Of a DNA stretch of 64,000 nucleotides, positions 39,001 through 47,774 are shown in pieces. Source of the DNA: Minisyncoccota bacterium (GTDB lineage: Bacteria > Patescibacteriota > Minisyncoccia > Phycocordibacterales > Phycocordibacteraceae); assembly GCA_028695415.1 (NCBI GenBank), contig JAQVIY010000002.1:4883-68882 (forward strand), given 5' to 3'. Position numbers and translations under genes: made by a program. Below the pieces are notes generated by a model. That model searched no databases. It was not told where the DNA came from and saw only the letters and a program-made list of their open reading frames with translations. Within the stretch, counting starts at the first letter, position 1, and each line of letters opens with the position of its first letter.

Positions 39001-39481
39001 GATCCAAAAGACCTTTGGCATCACCCTTGGCGCAACCAGCACGATGCAGCTCTGGCAGGGTTCAAACACCGTTGCCGGTACCTTCGCAACGACGACTGGA
39101 TCTCTGCTCGCGCAGACTCAGGCATTCCCTGTCGCCGATGGCGCAGCTGCTACGACTGACTTGAACCTCGCGTTCATCCCGACTGCGGAACAGACTGTTC
39201 CGGCTGGTACATCGCTCACCTATGAGCTCCGCACCACGGTCGGTGGTCTCGCAACAAATGGGAACTCGCTCGATGTCTCGATCGCAAACAGGCAGACTTC
39301 TGCAAGCACCACTGCGGCTGCTTCAGTAGTCGGCACCGATGCGAACACGACGAACTCGTTCATCTGGTCTGATAAGTCGAGGGTCTCTGAGACGCATGCG
39401 CTCACGACCGCTGACTGGACTGATGACTATCTCGTGAACACCTTGCCGCTTACCGTTGGTAACCTCTCGGTGACGATCTAG
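36029..39481 (+). CDS. very large secreted surface protein: signal peptide, conserved linker motif, peptidoglycan-binding (PG_binding_1-like) domain, then about 1000 aa of Thr/Ser/Ala-rich Ig-like repeats
   Basis: Start taken at MKTVTTKAIAKVAAVATGLAMA (signal peptide). LTASQVSSILSLLSSFGAGADTIANVNAALTG then TRDLTVGSKGADVTALQNALIAKGF...GYFGAQTVAAVKAWQ (PG-binding). Terminator at 39525-39560. Confidence 0.6.
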   Translation: MKTVTTKAIAKVAAVATGLAMATSMLSLAPMAHAASLTASQVSSILSLLSSFGAGADTIANVNAALTGAPVTTTTTTTTGSSYTFTRDLTVGSKGADVTALQNALIAKGFSIAAGATGYFGAQTVAAVKAWQVSAGVTPAAGYFGPKSRAAFGGGVSTGGTTTTTTGGTVTAGTGNGLKVMLAADSPNNVALVAGQAIGAIAKFTFANPTSAEIKVTNLGLKRTGISNDATISNVYLYNGATRLTDAGGVSSGAFSFNDPTGLFTVPAGQTVSISVLADIATGTSGQQVGAQLVSVTSTGTLDSSVAFPINGYTQTVSSATLATVDYGATTLPAENTALTPANDVTVWQNTVTIGTRAVTLKSFQLQNIGSVAATDVNNLRLYVDGVQTGSAASINANNIVTWDLSAAPLRLETGGRVIKVVGDVVGGSSLTFKLDLRRASDAQMVDTDLNQPVLATAAGSAFSARHGGVQTVASGTVSVVKAANSPSANVSLGASNVKWASYEMRAAGEDVKIDNLDVMAMTSNDHGLDNGKIFLNGVQVGSTKDLTDSNGSTGAVNFTFGSSFILKAGATAIVDVYADAKTSTGAAYTSGETAQIRLFYTASSANGTGQVSLSSIDVPGSNVDGNAITLSSSTVTMTKYSGYGNQTMIAGTSGARLGSFVLSTGSTEGVNVNTIAVTLSANEAATVTDLKLVDNATGAQIGTVKPTPASGASGNSFSVNLNISASGTKVIDVIGSIKSSSNVGPWIAAVDGSGTGISTGSSVTFGDSTSGTLQTITVSTADLTAAVGVSPNNANVIAGASMVKVGSFDFTSRYSYWNVDKIRVTVPSNAATSVASVVLAYPDVSGNTVQSTAVLASPASTEVNATATFTGLTFYIPANTTKKLDVYVNLASIQNDGDTGKSITVTLDSTGGFNKTDSAGTVNTTLNASDLASNATSGKGTMYVRKSLPTISAVALDSTTLSAGTNKTIARFKVTADAAGDIAWAKVAFKIQKTFGITLGATSTMQLWQGSNTVAGTFATTTGSLLAQTQAFPVADGAAATTDLNLAFIPTAEQTVPAGTSLTYELRTTVGGLATNGNSLDVSIANRQTSASTTAAASVVGTDANTTNSFIWSDKSRVSETHALTTADWTDDYLVNTLPLTVGNLSVTI

Positions 39482-39702
39482 TCTCATCGGTCAAAGATTC
39501 CAGCTAGAAAATTGGTCTAGCGAAACAAAAAACCACCCTTCGGGGTGGTTTTTTGTTATGTATACTGAAACCTTTTTATTTCTTGGCGGGTTATCCCCAG
39601 GTTTCTCTCTCTAGACATTTATTCTGAGCTTATAGGAGTACACTGAGCTTGAAAGGCTTTCGCGCCTTTTATTATCCGTTTCGTAATAAAGCTAATTCAT
39701 TT

Positions 39703-40176
39703 ATGAATCGCATCACAACGTTTCTGAATTCCCTCGGGAGGAGCGCCCGCGTTTTTGTGCTCTCTCTCGCGGTAGTCTTTGTCGGGGCTGGCATCGCTCA
39801 GGCCGCTACGACTATCAGCACGAATATCGCAACTGCCGGGACGCTCTCGGTGACCGGCCTCTCAACGCTTCTTGGCGGGGCGACGACCACGCAGATTACG
39901 CTCCTTAGCGGCGATCAGATTACAAATGCGGCGGCCAGCACCACCGTTGTTTCTGGCAATCTGACCGTTGGCGATGCAACAGCAGTCACTCCTCGCCTCG
40001 TTGTCACGAATGCGGCAAATGCGACCTCAACCGTTCAGGCGGGGTGCGTACAGACAACCGCGACAAGCTCGGCGACAACGATCAAGCTCATCTTCAACAA
40101 CATCGCGACAAGCACCACCATCAACGGTGCGTCAGTCGCCGGATATGTGTTGTGGGCTTACGGGACCTGCCCATAG
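39703..40176 (+). CDS. secreted Thr/Ala-rich protein with C-terminal Cys pair
   Basis: Start at MNRITTFLNSLGRSARVFVLSLAVVFVGAGIAQA (signal peptide). TT/AT-rich low-complexity sequence. Ends ...GCVQTT...YGTCP. Confidence 0.45.
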   Translation: MNRITTFLNSLGRSARVFVLSLAVVFVGAGIAQAATTISTNIATAGTLSVTGLSTLLGGATTTQITLLSGDQITNAAASTTVVSGNLTVGDATAVTPRLVVTNAANATSTVQAGCVQTTATSSATTIKLIFNNIATSTTINGASVAGYVLWAYGTCP

Positions 40177-40213
40177 CCATAGCGAGTCGTTTACTCACTA
40201 ATTCACACTCACT

Positions 40214-41131
40214 ATGCCACGAATACTTACTGGCGCAGGGATCCTCGTGGCGCTTATCGCACCTGTATCAGCGCTTGCTTCAGATGTGACCCTCACGACC
40301 GATACGGTCCTCAGTGTGAACGGCGTTACGCTGAATGTCTCCGGCTCGAGCGCTTCTGTCGACTCGATAGTCGTGAATGCGACGAACTTCGTTGTCGCAA
40401 TGTCATCAGGATCATCTTTCAAGGTGACGGCTCCCGGTCTCGAGAAGATTACCTCTGACACGAGTTCCGGTCTCACTGGTTTCGTCTGCGACAGTAGCGG
40501 CTCGTCCATTACCTACACGCCGACTTCAGCAGTGACGGCAACCATTGTGCCGCTCTCGACCCTCTGTTCCTCAACGAGCGACACGAGCACGGGAGGGAGC
40601 ACGAGCAGCACGGTTGTGACATCGGGCTCGAGCAGTTCGAGCAGCTCCGGCAGTAGCGCAGCATCTGCTACTCCAGCAGCGTCTGTAACACAGACAACAA
40701 CCACGGCAGCGACCACTGCAGCAGCCACACCCGCGACGCCGGCAATCCCTGCTTCCGGTCTCTCTGTCTCGCAGGTGCAGTCGATTCTCGATGTGCTCGC
40801 CTCGTTTGAAGTCGATGCAGCAACGATGGCAAGCGTGAAGGCAGCACTTGAAGGGACGACGACCGGCTCGATAACGAGCGCGGCGGTGCACACATTCCAA
40901 GCGAATCTCACCGTCGGTTCGCTTGGTAGCGAAGTGAAAGCGCTCCAGCAGTTCCTCAATGCTCACGGCTACCCGGTAGCCTCGAGCGGTGCGGGTTCTC
41001 CGGGAAATGAGACGACCCGATTCGGCGCGGCAACGAAAGCTGCACTCATCAAGTATCAGAAAGCGAAGGGCATTACGCCCGCCGCAGGATACTTTGGCGC
41101 GAAAACTCGTGCAGCCGTCAACGCTGAATAA
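40214..41131 (+). CDS. secreted protein with Ser/Thr-rich linker and C-terminal peptidoglycan-binding domain
   Basis: Signal peptide. LSVSQVQSILDVLASFEVDAATMASVKAAL motif shared with the 36029 protein. C-terminal LTVGSLGSEVKALQQFLNAHGY...TKAALIKYQ (PG_binding_1-like). Terminator 41150-41185. Confidence 0.6.
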   Translation: MPRILTGAGILVALIAPVSALASDVTLTTDTVLSVNGVTLNVSGSSASVDSIVVNATNFVVAMSSGSSFKVTAPGLEKITSDTSSGLTGFVCDSSGSSITYTPTSAVTATIVPLSTLCSSTSDTSTGGSTSSTVVTSGSSSSSSSGSSAASATPAASVTQTTTTAATTAAATPATPAIPASGLSVSQVQSILDVLASFEVDAATMASVKAALEGTTTGSITSAAVHTFQANLTVGSLGSEVKALQQFLNAHGYPVASSGAGSPGNETTRFGAATKAALIKYQKAKGITPAAGYFGAKTRAAVNAE

Positions 41132-41204
41132 CAGAAGACTCCTCGCATGAAAGAAAAACCACCCGCAGTGCGGGTGGTTTTTCTTATGGTATTCTCTTTG
41201 GTGT

Positions 41205-41927
41205 ATGAACATCTCAAAGAAACACTGGGTAGCGGTCGGTCTTGGTCTCGGTCTCATAACGCTTGCGGCTATGGGTGTCGTACAGTTCGCATTTCCGTAT
41301 CGCGCTGTCGCACCGCAAAAGGAGACCGCGGAATCTCCGGTCGCTGACGCTTCCATTGCGACCACAGGCTCGGAGGGCGTACCGGCGGTGACGACGGTGT
41401 CTATAGAGCCGACCCGCCCTGTCGTCACTCCTCCTTCGATCGCGAGAGGCGATACGATAGTCTCTTGGAACTTCACCGGCGCATACGCGCAGGACTCAAC
41501 ACTTCAAGCAAGAGCGAATGCAGAAATAACCCGCCTCTCGGGACTTCTTGAGATGGCGACATCGTCAAAAGTGACTCTTTTAGTCGGTATCGCAAATCAG
41601 TACGAGCTCCTGGGAGACGGCAAACAAGAGTACGAGTATCTTAGCCGCGCCATCGAAGAGGGAGGCGAGACGACCGGTCTCCCTTGGCACAATCTCGGCG
41701 TCCTTATGGAGCGGCTCGGCGCTCTCGAGACCGCGCGTACGGCATACGAGAATGCGACAATCGTACAATCTCAGTACAAGCAGTGGCACTACGCGTTTCT
41801 CGAGTTCCTTACGACGCGAATGAGAGACGAGACAGCTGATATTGAGAAAGCCTTTTCAGCGGCACTGAAAAACCTCGGACAAGATTCCGACATACTTGAT
41901 CTCGAGAGCGCGTGGAAACAGCTATGA
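41205..41927 (+). CDS. membrane-anchored hypothetical protein
   Basis: N-terminal TM helix (HWVAVGLGLGLITLAAMGVV) then a 200-aa periplasmic part. Overlaps the start of the next gene. Confidence 0.4.
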   Translation: MNISKKHWVAVGLGLGLITLAAMGVVQFAFPYRAVAPQKETAESPVADASIATTGSEGVPAVTTVSIEPTRPVVTPPSIARGDTIVSWNFTGAYAQDSTLQARANAEITRLSGLLEMATSSKVTLLVGIANQYELLGDGKQEYEYLSRAIEEGGETTGLPWHNLGVLMERLGALETARTAYENATIVQSQYKQWHYAFLEFLTTRMRDETADIEKAFSAALKNLGQDSDILDLESAWKQL

Positions 41928-44158
41928 AGCGCCTGCGCCAGACATTGTCTATCCTGCTTCTTGTTCCGGCAGTCCTTCCACTCGTGTACATAGGAGGCAT
42001 TCTCTACCCGTACATTGCGCCGAAGACATTTCTCCTTCTTTTTTGTGGTATTGCAGCGCTTGCGCTCTTTGCCTATCTCGCACTGCGCGGCGAGGCGTTC
42101 TTCTATGAACGGTTGCACGAGAAGAAGACTTGGATACCGATACTCCTGCTTATCATCGCGTATCTCGCCTCATATACCGGCATCGATTTTTATCACAGTT
42201 TCTGGGGACTCTTTGAGCGCGGCGATGGGCTCCTGACGCTTACGATTATCACCGGGTACTTCTATCTCTTCGTCCTTTCTGCTACGCATGCCTTTTTGGA
42301 TCGGTTCACCAAAGTCGTTACAGTCGTTGCCGGTATCGTAGCGTCTATCGCGGTGCTCCAATGGGCAACGACGATATTCGGAGAGGGCGCGGCCTTCCTG
42401 CCGCCGGTTACCGGCCGCATCGGGAGCACACTTGGGAACGCTGCTTTTCTTGCGGGGTATCTCGGTATGGCGCTGTTCGTGTCGCTTTTCCTCGCGCGCA
42501 ACACCGATACGATATGGCGGCGAATCGGGAAGATAACCGCAATCCTCTCCGTGTTTGCAATAGTGTTTGCCGCGACGCGCGGTACGATACTCGCGCTTAT
42601 CGCGGCTCTCCTCATTGTGCTTATCTTCACGGCGTGGAAGGGGGAGGGTCAGGCGAAGAAGTTTGCACGGTATGGATGCTTGGCCGTCATTGTTCTCGCC
42701 GGTCTCTTCTTCGCATTCCGCTCTGACCTCGCGCAGAGCTCCTTTGAACCCGTAAAGCGCATCGCATCCATCTCGCTTTCTGACAGCACCACCAGCAATC
42801 GCCTATTCGCATGGTCACAGATAGCTGCCGAAACGCTCCAGCGCCCCTGGAGCGGCTATGGCGCTGAACATATCGCACAACTCTTCGACACGATCTATGA
42901 CCCGAGCAAGATCTCTGAACAGTGGTTCGACCGATCGCACAACGCCTTCCTTGATTATTTCGCGCAGTACGGAGTGTTCGGGCTCGCGCTCTATCTCTCG
43001 CTCATCGGCGCCTTTATGCTCTCCGCTCTCGCATGGTATCGGCGAGAAGCGGGCGGTCTTACGAACCCCGGGCTGCTTTCTCTCCTCCTTATCATCACTT
43101 ATGCCGTACAGAACTTCTTCGTGTTCGACACCTCTTCGTCGCTCTGGCTCTTGTACGCCCTCTTTGCGTTTCTCATTGTCCAGCTCTCGGGAGTATCGGC
43201 GACATCTCGATTCGGACACCTGCCGTCGTTTGTGCCGTGGATTACGTCCGGCATCATCCTCCTTACCAGTATCCCGACCGTGACAGTGCCGCTGTATGCG
43301 AACATCCTCTTGACCAATGGCTACCGCTACCACCTTGTAGACATCAACAAGGCGAATGCATATTTCAAGCAAGGGTTTGCACTTCACACCTATGCTGATA
43401 TGGAGTACGGGTATCAAGCGTATGAGATGTACACCGGACACCAGGCAACAGCGCTTTCAGGAAAGGATCGTGTTGCCGCATATGAGTATGCGCTTTCGGT
43501 GCTCTCGGCGAACTATGTGAAGTATCCGTATGACGCGCGTACCGCGACATACCTCGGACATGTGCTTGATACGACACCACCGGAAGTCGCCGTTGACGAT
43601 GTTTTCGACGAGCGGGTGCTTACGCGAGCTATCGAGCTCTCACCGCTTCGGGCACAGGGATGGTATATGTTGGCGAACGTTTATCTGCGGAAAGCCGATG
43701 CGCTCCCTCGGAATGACCCGAATAGGGAAACCTATTTCCGAGAAGCGATCAAGATACTCGAAGCGTATATAGAAAAAGAGCCGACGCTCCCTGTGCCGCG
43801 ATATACGCTCGTGAATCTCTATTACAACCTTGGCGATACACAAGCGTCGAAGAAATGGGCGGACAGCGCGCTGCCGCTCTATACGACCGCTGATGTCGCG
43901 GCAGCTGCTCCTGCGGTGAAATATTATCTGGCGATAGGGGATTGGCAGCATGCCGTCCCATTCCTCGAAGACCTCGTTCGTGAGAATCCCGCTGACTACA
44001 ACACGCTCTACGACCTCGCAAAGGTGAGCTATCTCGCGGGCGACCCCGCGACTGCCGAGCGTATCGTGCAGAAGCTTCGCATAGAGAATCCGAATATCAT
44101 CCCGACCGATCCCAATTTCCTTTCCGCTATTACCGCCTATGAACAATCCACAAAATAA
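41912..44158 (+). CDS. O-antigen ligase-like (Wzy_C family) polytopic membrane protein with C-terminal TPR repeats
   Basis: About 12 TM helices with a large periplasmic loop, then TPR-like repeats (AYFKQGFAL...YLRKADAL...). Confidence 0.65.
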   Translation: METAMKRLRQTLSILLLVPAVLPLVYIGGILYPYIAPKTFLLLFCGIAALALFAYLALRGEAFFYERLHEKKTWIPILLLIIAYLASYTGIDFYHSFWGLFERGDGLLTLTIITGYFYLFVLSATHAFLDRFTKVVTVVAGIVASIAVLQWATTIFGEGAAFLPPVTGRIGSTLGNAAFLAGYLGMALFVSLFLARNTDTIWRRIGKITAILSVFAIVFAATRGTILALIAALLIVLIFTAWKGEGQAKKFARYGCLAVIVLAGLFFAFRSDLAQSSFEPVKRIASISLSDSTTSNRLFAWSQIAAETLQRPWSGYGAEHIAQLFDTIYDPSKISEQWFDRSHNAFLDYFAQYGVFGLALYLSLIGAFMLSALAWYRREAGGLTNPGLLSLLLIITYAVQNFFVFDTSSSLWLLYALFAFLIVQLSGVSATSRFGHLPSFVPWITSGIILLTSIPTVTVPLYANILLTNGYRYHLVDINKANAYFKQGFALHTYADMEYGYQAYEMYTGHQATALSGKDRVAAYEYALSVLSANYVKYPYDARTATYLGHVLDTTPPEVAVDDVFDERVLTRAIELSPLRAQGWYMLANVYLRKADALPRNDPNRETYFREAIKILEAYIEKEPTLPVPRYTLVNLYYNLGDTQASKKWADSALPLYTTADVAAAAPAVKYYLAIGDWQHAVPFLEDLVRENPADYNTLYDLAKVSYLAGDPATAERIVQKLRIENPNIIPTDPNFLSAITAYEQSTK

Positions 44159-44441
44159 AAAGAGCCTCCGAGAACAAGAGCGGCGAATGTTGCCGTTCTT
44201 CGTCGAGTTCGTGAAGTTCGCCTCCGGCTTTGCAGTCATCATTGCCGCGGCGCTCTTCACTCTCCACGCCGCCTCCGCAGCGATGCGCTGATTGCACTTT
44301 TGTGTCGATCTGGTACAGTACGGCAGTACGAACCGAAGACCACTGGCAACCATAAGTCCGGTGTAGGGAGACCACCCCTCGAATTACTCGGGGCAGGTAA
44401 CTGGTCGAACTCTCCTTTATTTCGTTCGTGCGAAACATCGT

Positions 44442-44933
44442 ATGGCAATATCAAAAGACAAGAAGCGCGAGATAGTCGCGAAGCTCACCGAAGCTTTCAA
44501 GGAAGCGTCGTCGGTAGCGTTTATTGGCTTCACTAAGCTTACCGTCAAGGATTCATCGCGCTTGCGTGACGAGCTCCGGAATGCGGACGTGAAGTACTAC
44601 GTCGCGAAGAAGACCCTTATCAAGAAGGCGCTCGAGGGTCGCGGCTACACCGGCGAGCTCTCCGAGCTTCCGGGTGAAATCGCTGTCGCGTGGACGAGTA
44701 CGGACGTCACCGCGCCGACGCGTGTCGTGCATGAATTCGGCAAGAAGCTGAAGGGTGCGCTCACGCTCCTCGGAGGCGTGTTCGAGAACGCGTTTATTGA
44801 CGCGGCCGCCGCAAAAGCTATCGCAACTATTCCGCCAATGCCGGTTCTGCGCGGTATGTTCGCTAACATTATCAATTCGCCTATACAACGGTTCGCGATT
44901 GCTCTCAGTGAGGTCGCGAAGACGAAAGTATAG
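44442..44933 (+). CDS. rplJ: 50S ribosomal protein L10
   Basis: KKREIVAKLTEAFKEASSVAFIGFTKLTVKDSSRLRDELRNADVKYYVAKKTL is typical of L10. Confidence 0.85.
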   Translation: MAISKDKKREIVAKLTEAFKEASSVAFIGFTKLTVKDSSRLRDELRNADVKYYVAKKTLIKKALEGRGYTGELSELPGEIAVAWTSTDVTAPTRVVHEFGKKLKGALTLLGGVFENAFIDAAAAKAIATIPPMPVLRGMFANIINSPIQRFAIALSEVAKTKV

Positions 44934-44995
44934 GAGGCCTGCCCCGTAGCCAACGCGCAGCGTTGTGGTACTGGGGTAGCTAAGACTAAAACAGC

Positions 44996-45361
44996 ATGAA
45001 TCAGGAACAGATAATCGAGGCGGTCGAGAAGATGACCGTGCTTGAACTCAATACACTCGTGAAGGCAATCGAAGAGAAGTGGGGCGTTTCTGCGACCGCG
45101 GTCGCAGCAGCAGGTCCGGCAGCGGCAGGCGCCGCTGAGGAGGAGGGTAAGTCCACGAATGATGTGGAACTCACCGAAGCCGGCGCGACCAAGATCGCCG
45201 TTATCAAGGTGGTCAAGGAGGCGCTCGCTCTCGGCCTCAAGGAGGCAAAGGATCTCGTTGATGCAGCTCCCTCAATGCTGAAGACGGGCATGAAGAAGGA
45301 GGACGCCGCTGAGCTCGCCAAGAAGCTCACGGATGCCGGAGCAAAGGTTACTCTTAAGTAA
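44996..45361 (+). CDS. rplL: 50S ribosomal protein L7/L12
   Basis: N-terminal dimerisation helix, Ala/Glu hinge, C-terminal domain [31 protein letters not shown]...KVTLK. Terminator 45372-45412. Confidence 0.9.
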   Translation: MNQEQIIEAVEKMTVLELNTLVKAIEEKWGVSATAVAAAGPAAAGAAEEEGKSTNDVELTEAGATKIAVIKVVKEALALGLKEAKDLVDAAPSMLKTGMKKEDAAELAKKLTDAGAKVTLK

Positions 45362-45443
45362 CCGAAGCCCGCAATAAAACGCGTTTCTGCCAAGAGCGGA
45401 AACGCGTTTTGCGTTTTATCCTCGAAGCCTCTACACTTGCCCT

Positions 45444-46013
45444 ATGGAAAAGCTCGCGAAACTCTTCGGTTCCCCGGCACGGCTCAAGATGCTTCGTCTT
45501 TTTGTGTTCAATCGCGACTCCGCCTTTACACTTGATGATGTGGCACAGAGGACAAAACTCTCAAAAGAGGTTGCGCGTCGAGAGATAGCCGAGCTTCTCG
45601 CTTCCGACCTTCTTAAGAAGAAGGGCGAGCGCGCTGCCGCACGTTTTCAGGTCGATTCTCGCTATGAGCACCTTTCGGCGCTCAATGATTTCATTCTCGA
45701 GACGACCTCGCTGCGTCCGCAGAAAATACTCGCGACACTGAAGCGCGCCGGCGCGCTCAAGCTCGTCGCACTCTCAGGACATTTCACTAGCATTCTCGAA
45801 CCGCAGATAGACCTGCTTGTTGTGGGTGAGAGTCTCGATGAACGCGCGCTCGCGCACGCGGTGCATACCCTCGAGGCGGAGCTCGGACGCGAAATCCGCT
45901 ACGCCTCCTTCTCAACAAAGGATTTCCGTTACCGCCTCGGAGTCTACGATCGCCTCTTACGCGACGTTTTCGACTATCCACACCGCCTCCTAATCGACAA
46001 AATCGGGCTGTAG
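45444..46013 (+). CDS. hypothetical protein with N-terminal winged HTH, possible minimal nucleotidyltransferase fold
   Basis: N-terminus LKMLRLFVFNRDSAFTLDDVAQRTKLSKEVARREIAELL (wHTH-like). SGHFTSILEPQIDLLVVGE loosely resembles the NTase G[GS]x9-13DxD motif. Confidence 0.35.
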   Translation: MEKLAKLFGSPARLKMLRLFVFNRDSAFTLDDVAQRTKLSKEVARREIAELLASDLLKKKGERAAARFQVDSRYEHLSALNDFILETTSLRPQKILATLKRAGALKLVALSGHFTSILEPQIDLLVVGESLDERALAHAVHTLEAELGREIRYASFSTKDFRYRLGVYDRLLRDVFDYPHRLLIDKIGL

Positions 46014-46075
46014 AAATGGTACAATTTCAGAAGGTGCTCGAATATTAGCCGAATAAACAAAGTATTATTTCAACT

Positions 46076-46759
46076 ATGGTTTTCACTACCTGGGCGGATG
46101 TCCTTAGCCAATCTTTCAACAATCTGTTCTACGGATTGGTGGCGTTCATCCCCAACTTAGTCGTTGCGATTGTTATTTTCATCGTCGGCTGGCTCGTCGG
46201 CGTCGGTCTCGGCCGCGTGGTCAAGCAGATTGTCGACGCTCTTCGTGTTGATCAGGCGCTCAAGCCGACCGGCATCGAGCGTGTGCTCGCACGCGCAGGC
46301 TTCGAGCTTTCTTCCGGCAAGTTCCTCGGGATGCTCGTGCAGTGGTTCTTCATTATCGTCTTCCTTGTGGCGGCACTTGATGTGCTTCACCTCTCGACGG
46401 TGAACCTCTTCATCAGCGAAGTCGTCCTCGGGTATCTCCCGCAGGTCATCGTCGCGGTTCTCATCCTCCTCGTTGCGGCAGTAGTCGCAGAGGCGGCAGA
46501 GAGTCTCGTCGCAGGATCGGCGAAGGCGGCCTCAGTACCTTCAGCCGGCTTCCTCGGCAAGGTGGCGAAGTATGCTATCTGGATATTCGCTCTTCTCGCG
46601 GCTACGGCACAGCTTAATGTCGCGACGGCATTTGTTCAGACGCTCTTCACCGGTATCGTTATCGCAGTATCGCTCGCTCTCGGTCTCGCCTTCGGTCTCG
46701 GCGGTCAGGCTTCGGCAGCGCGCTATCTCGAGCATCTGCACACCGAGATAAAGGACTAG
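46076..46759 (+). CDS. membrane protein with repeated conserved-TM-helix modules (MscS-like small channel family)
   Basis: Four hydrophobic helices with an internal repeat. Terminator hairpin AAAACCGCCCCC-TTTCTAGA-GGGGGCGGTTTT at 46768-46800. Confidence 0.45.
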   Translation: MVFTTWADVLSQSFNNLFYGLVAFIPNLVVAIVIFIVGWLVGVGLGRVVKQIVDALRVDQALKPTGIERVLARAGFELSSGKFLGMLVQWFFIIVFLVAALDVLHLSTVNLFISEVVLGYLPQVIVAVLILLVAAVVAEAAESLVAGSAKAASVPSAGFLGKVAKYAIWIFALLAATAQLNVATAFVQTLFTGIVIAVSLALGLAFGLGGQASAARYLEHLHTEIKD

Positions 46760-47727
46760 GTTCCTCCTCCAAAACCGCCCCCTTTCTAGAGGGGGCGGTT
46801 TTGTGTTGACAGGGATTTCTGCGTACCCTATACTCCTTCTACGTGTCTACGAACCGAAAACTTTCTTACTTAGGAGCGGATAGGCCGTAAGGCCGCGCGC
46901 GTTGCAAAACGCACGAAAACCGCCCCGAGGGGCGGTTTTCGTTTCAAAAAGGGACACGGGAATCTTTGACATACGAATACGCATAGGTAATTGAAAGCTC
47001 CGTGGCTCACCGCTACGGAGCATCAAAGTGCAGATAGTAATGGTTGTGGTAACCAGAATTCCGTGCGAGAGACAGTAAGAGTACACGGTGGATGCCTTGG
47101 CCTAGGACGGCGAAGAAGGACGCGACTAACCTGCGATAAGCTTCGGGGAGGCGGTTTGTAGCCTTTGATCCGGAGATGTCCGAATGGGGAAACCCTACAG
47201 TTTTGAACTGTAATCCGCGGGGTAACGCCCGCGCGAAGCGAACCCTGGGAAGTGAAACATCTCAGTACCAGGAGGAAAAGAGAACAATATGAATTGCGTT
47301 CTCTTCAAGCATTATGTTTGTTTGAAGGGAACGCGATTCTCGTGATACCCCGAGTAGCGGCGAGCGAAAAGGGAAAAGCCCAAACCCGCACACTCACTTT
47401 GCCATTGTGCCTAACGTTGTTCAGAAGAATCAACTTCTGGACGCGCGTGGCCCAATGGAACGTTTGAGTATCAACTACGTCAGTTGGCACAAGAACAACG
47501 ATGGCAAAGTGAGTGTGCGGGGGTTGTAAGATGCGAACATTCCGATTTATCGGTAAAGAGTTATCAATCGTCTATATAGCGGAAGCTGCTGGGAAGCAGC
47601 GCCCCAGAGGGTAATGGCCCCGTACGCGAAATGTATGACGACTCTTGTTTGTATTCTTGAGTAGTTCGAGACACGAGTAGCTCGAATGAATCTGCCGGAA
47701 CTAACCGGTAAGGCTAAACACGTCCTA

Positions 47728-47774
<47 letters not shown>

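Noticed and set aside
46940-47060. Confident rRNA promoter call upstream of 23S
   Set aside because: A TTGACA hexamer is present at about 46966 but the best -10 candidates are weak. I cannot place the promoter reliably by eye.
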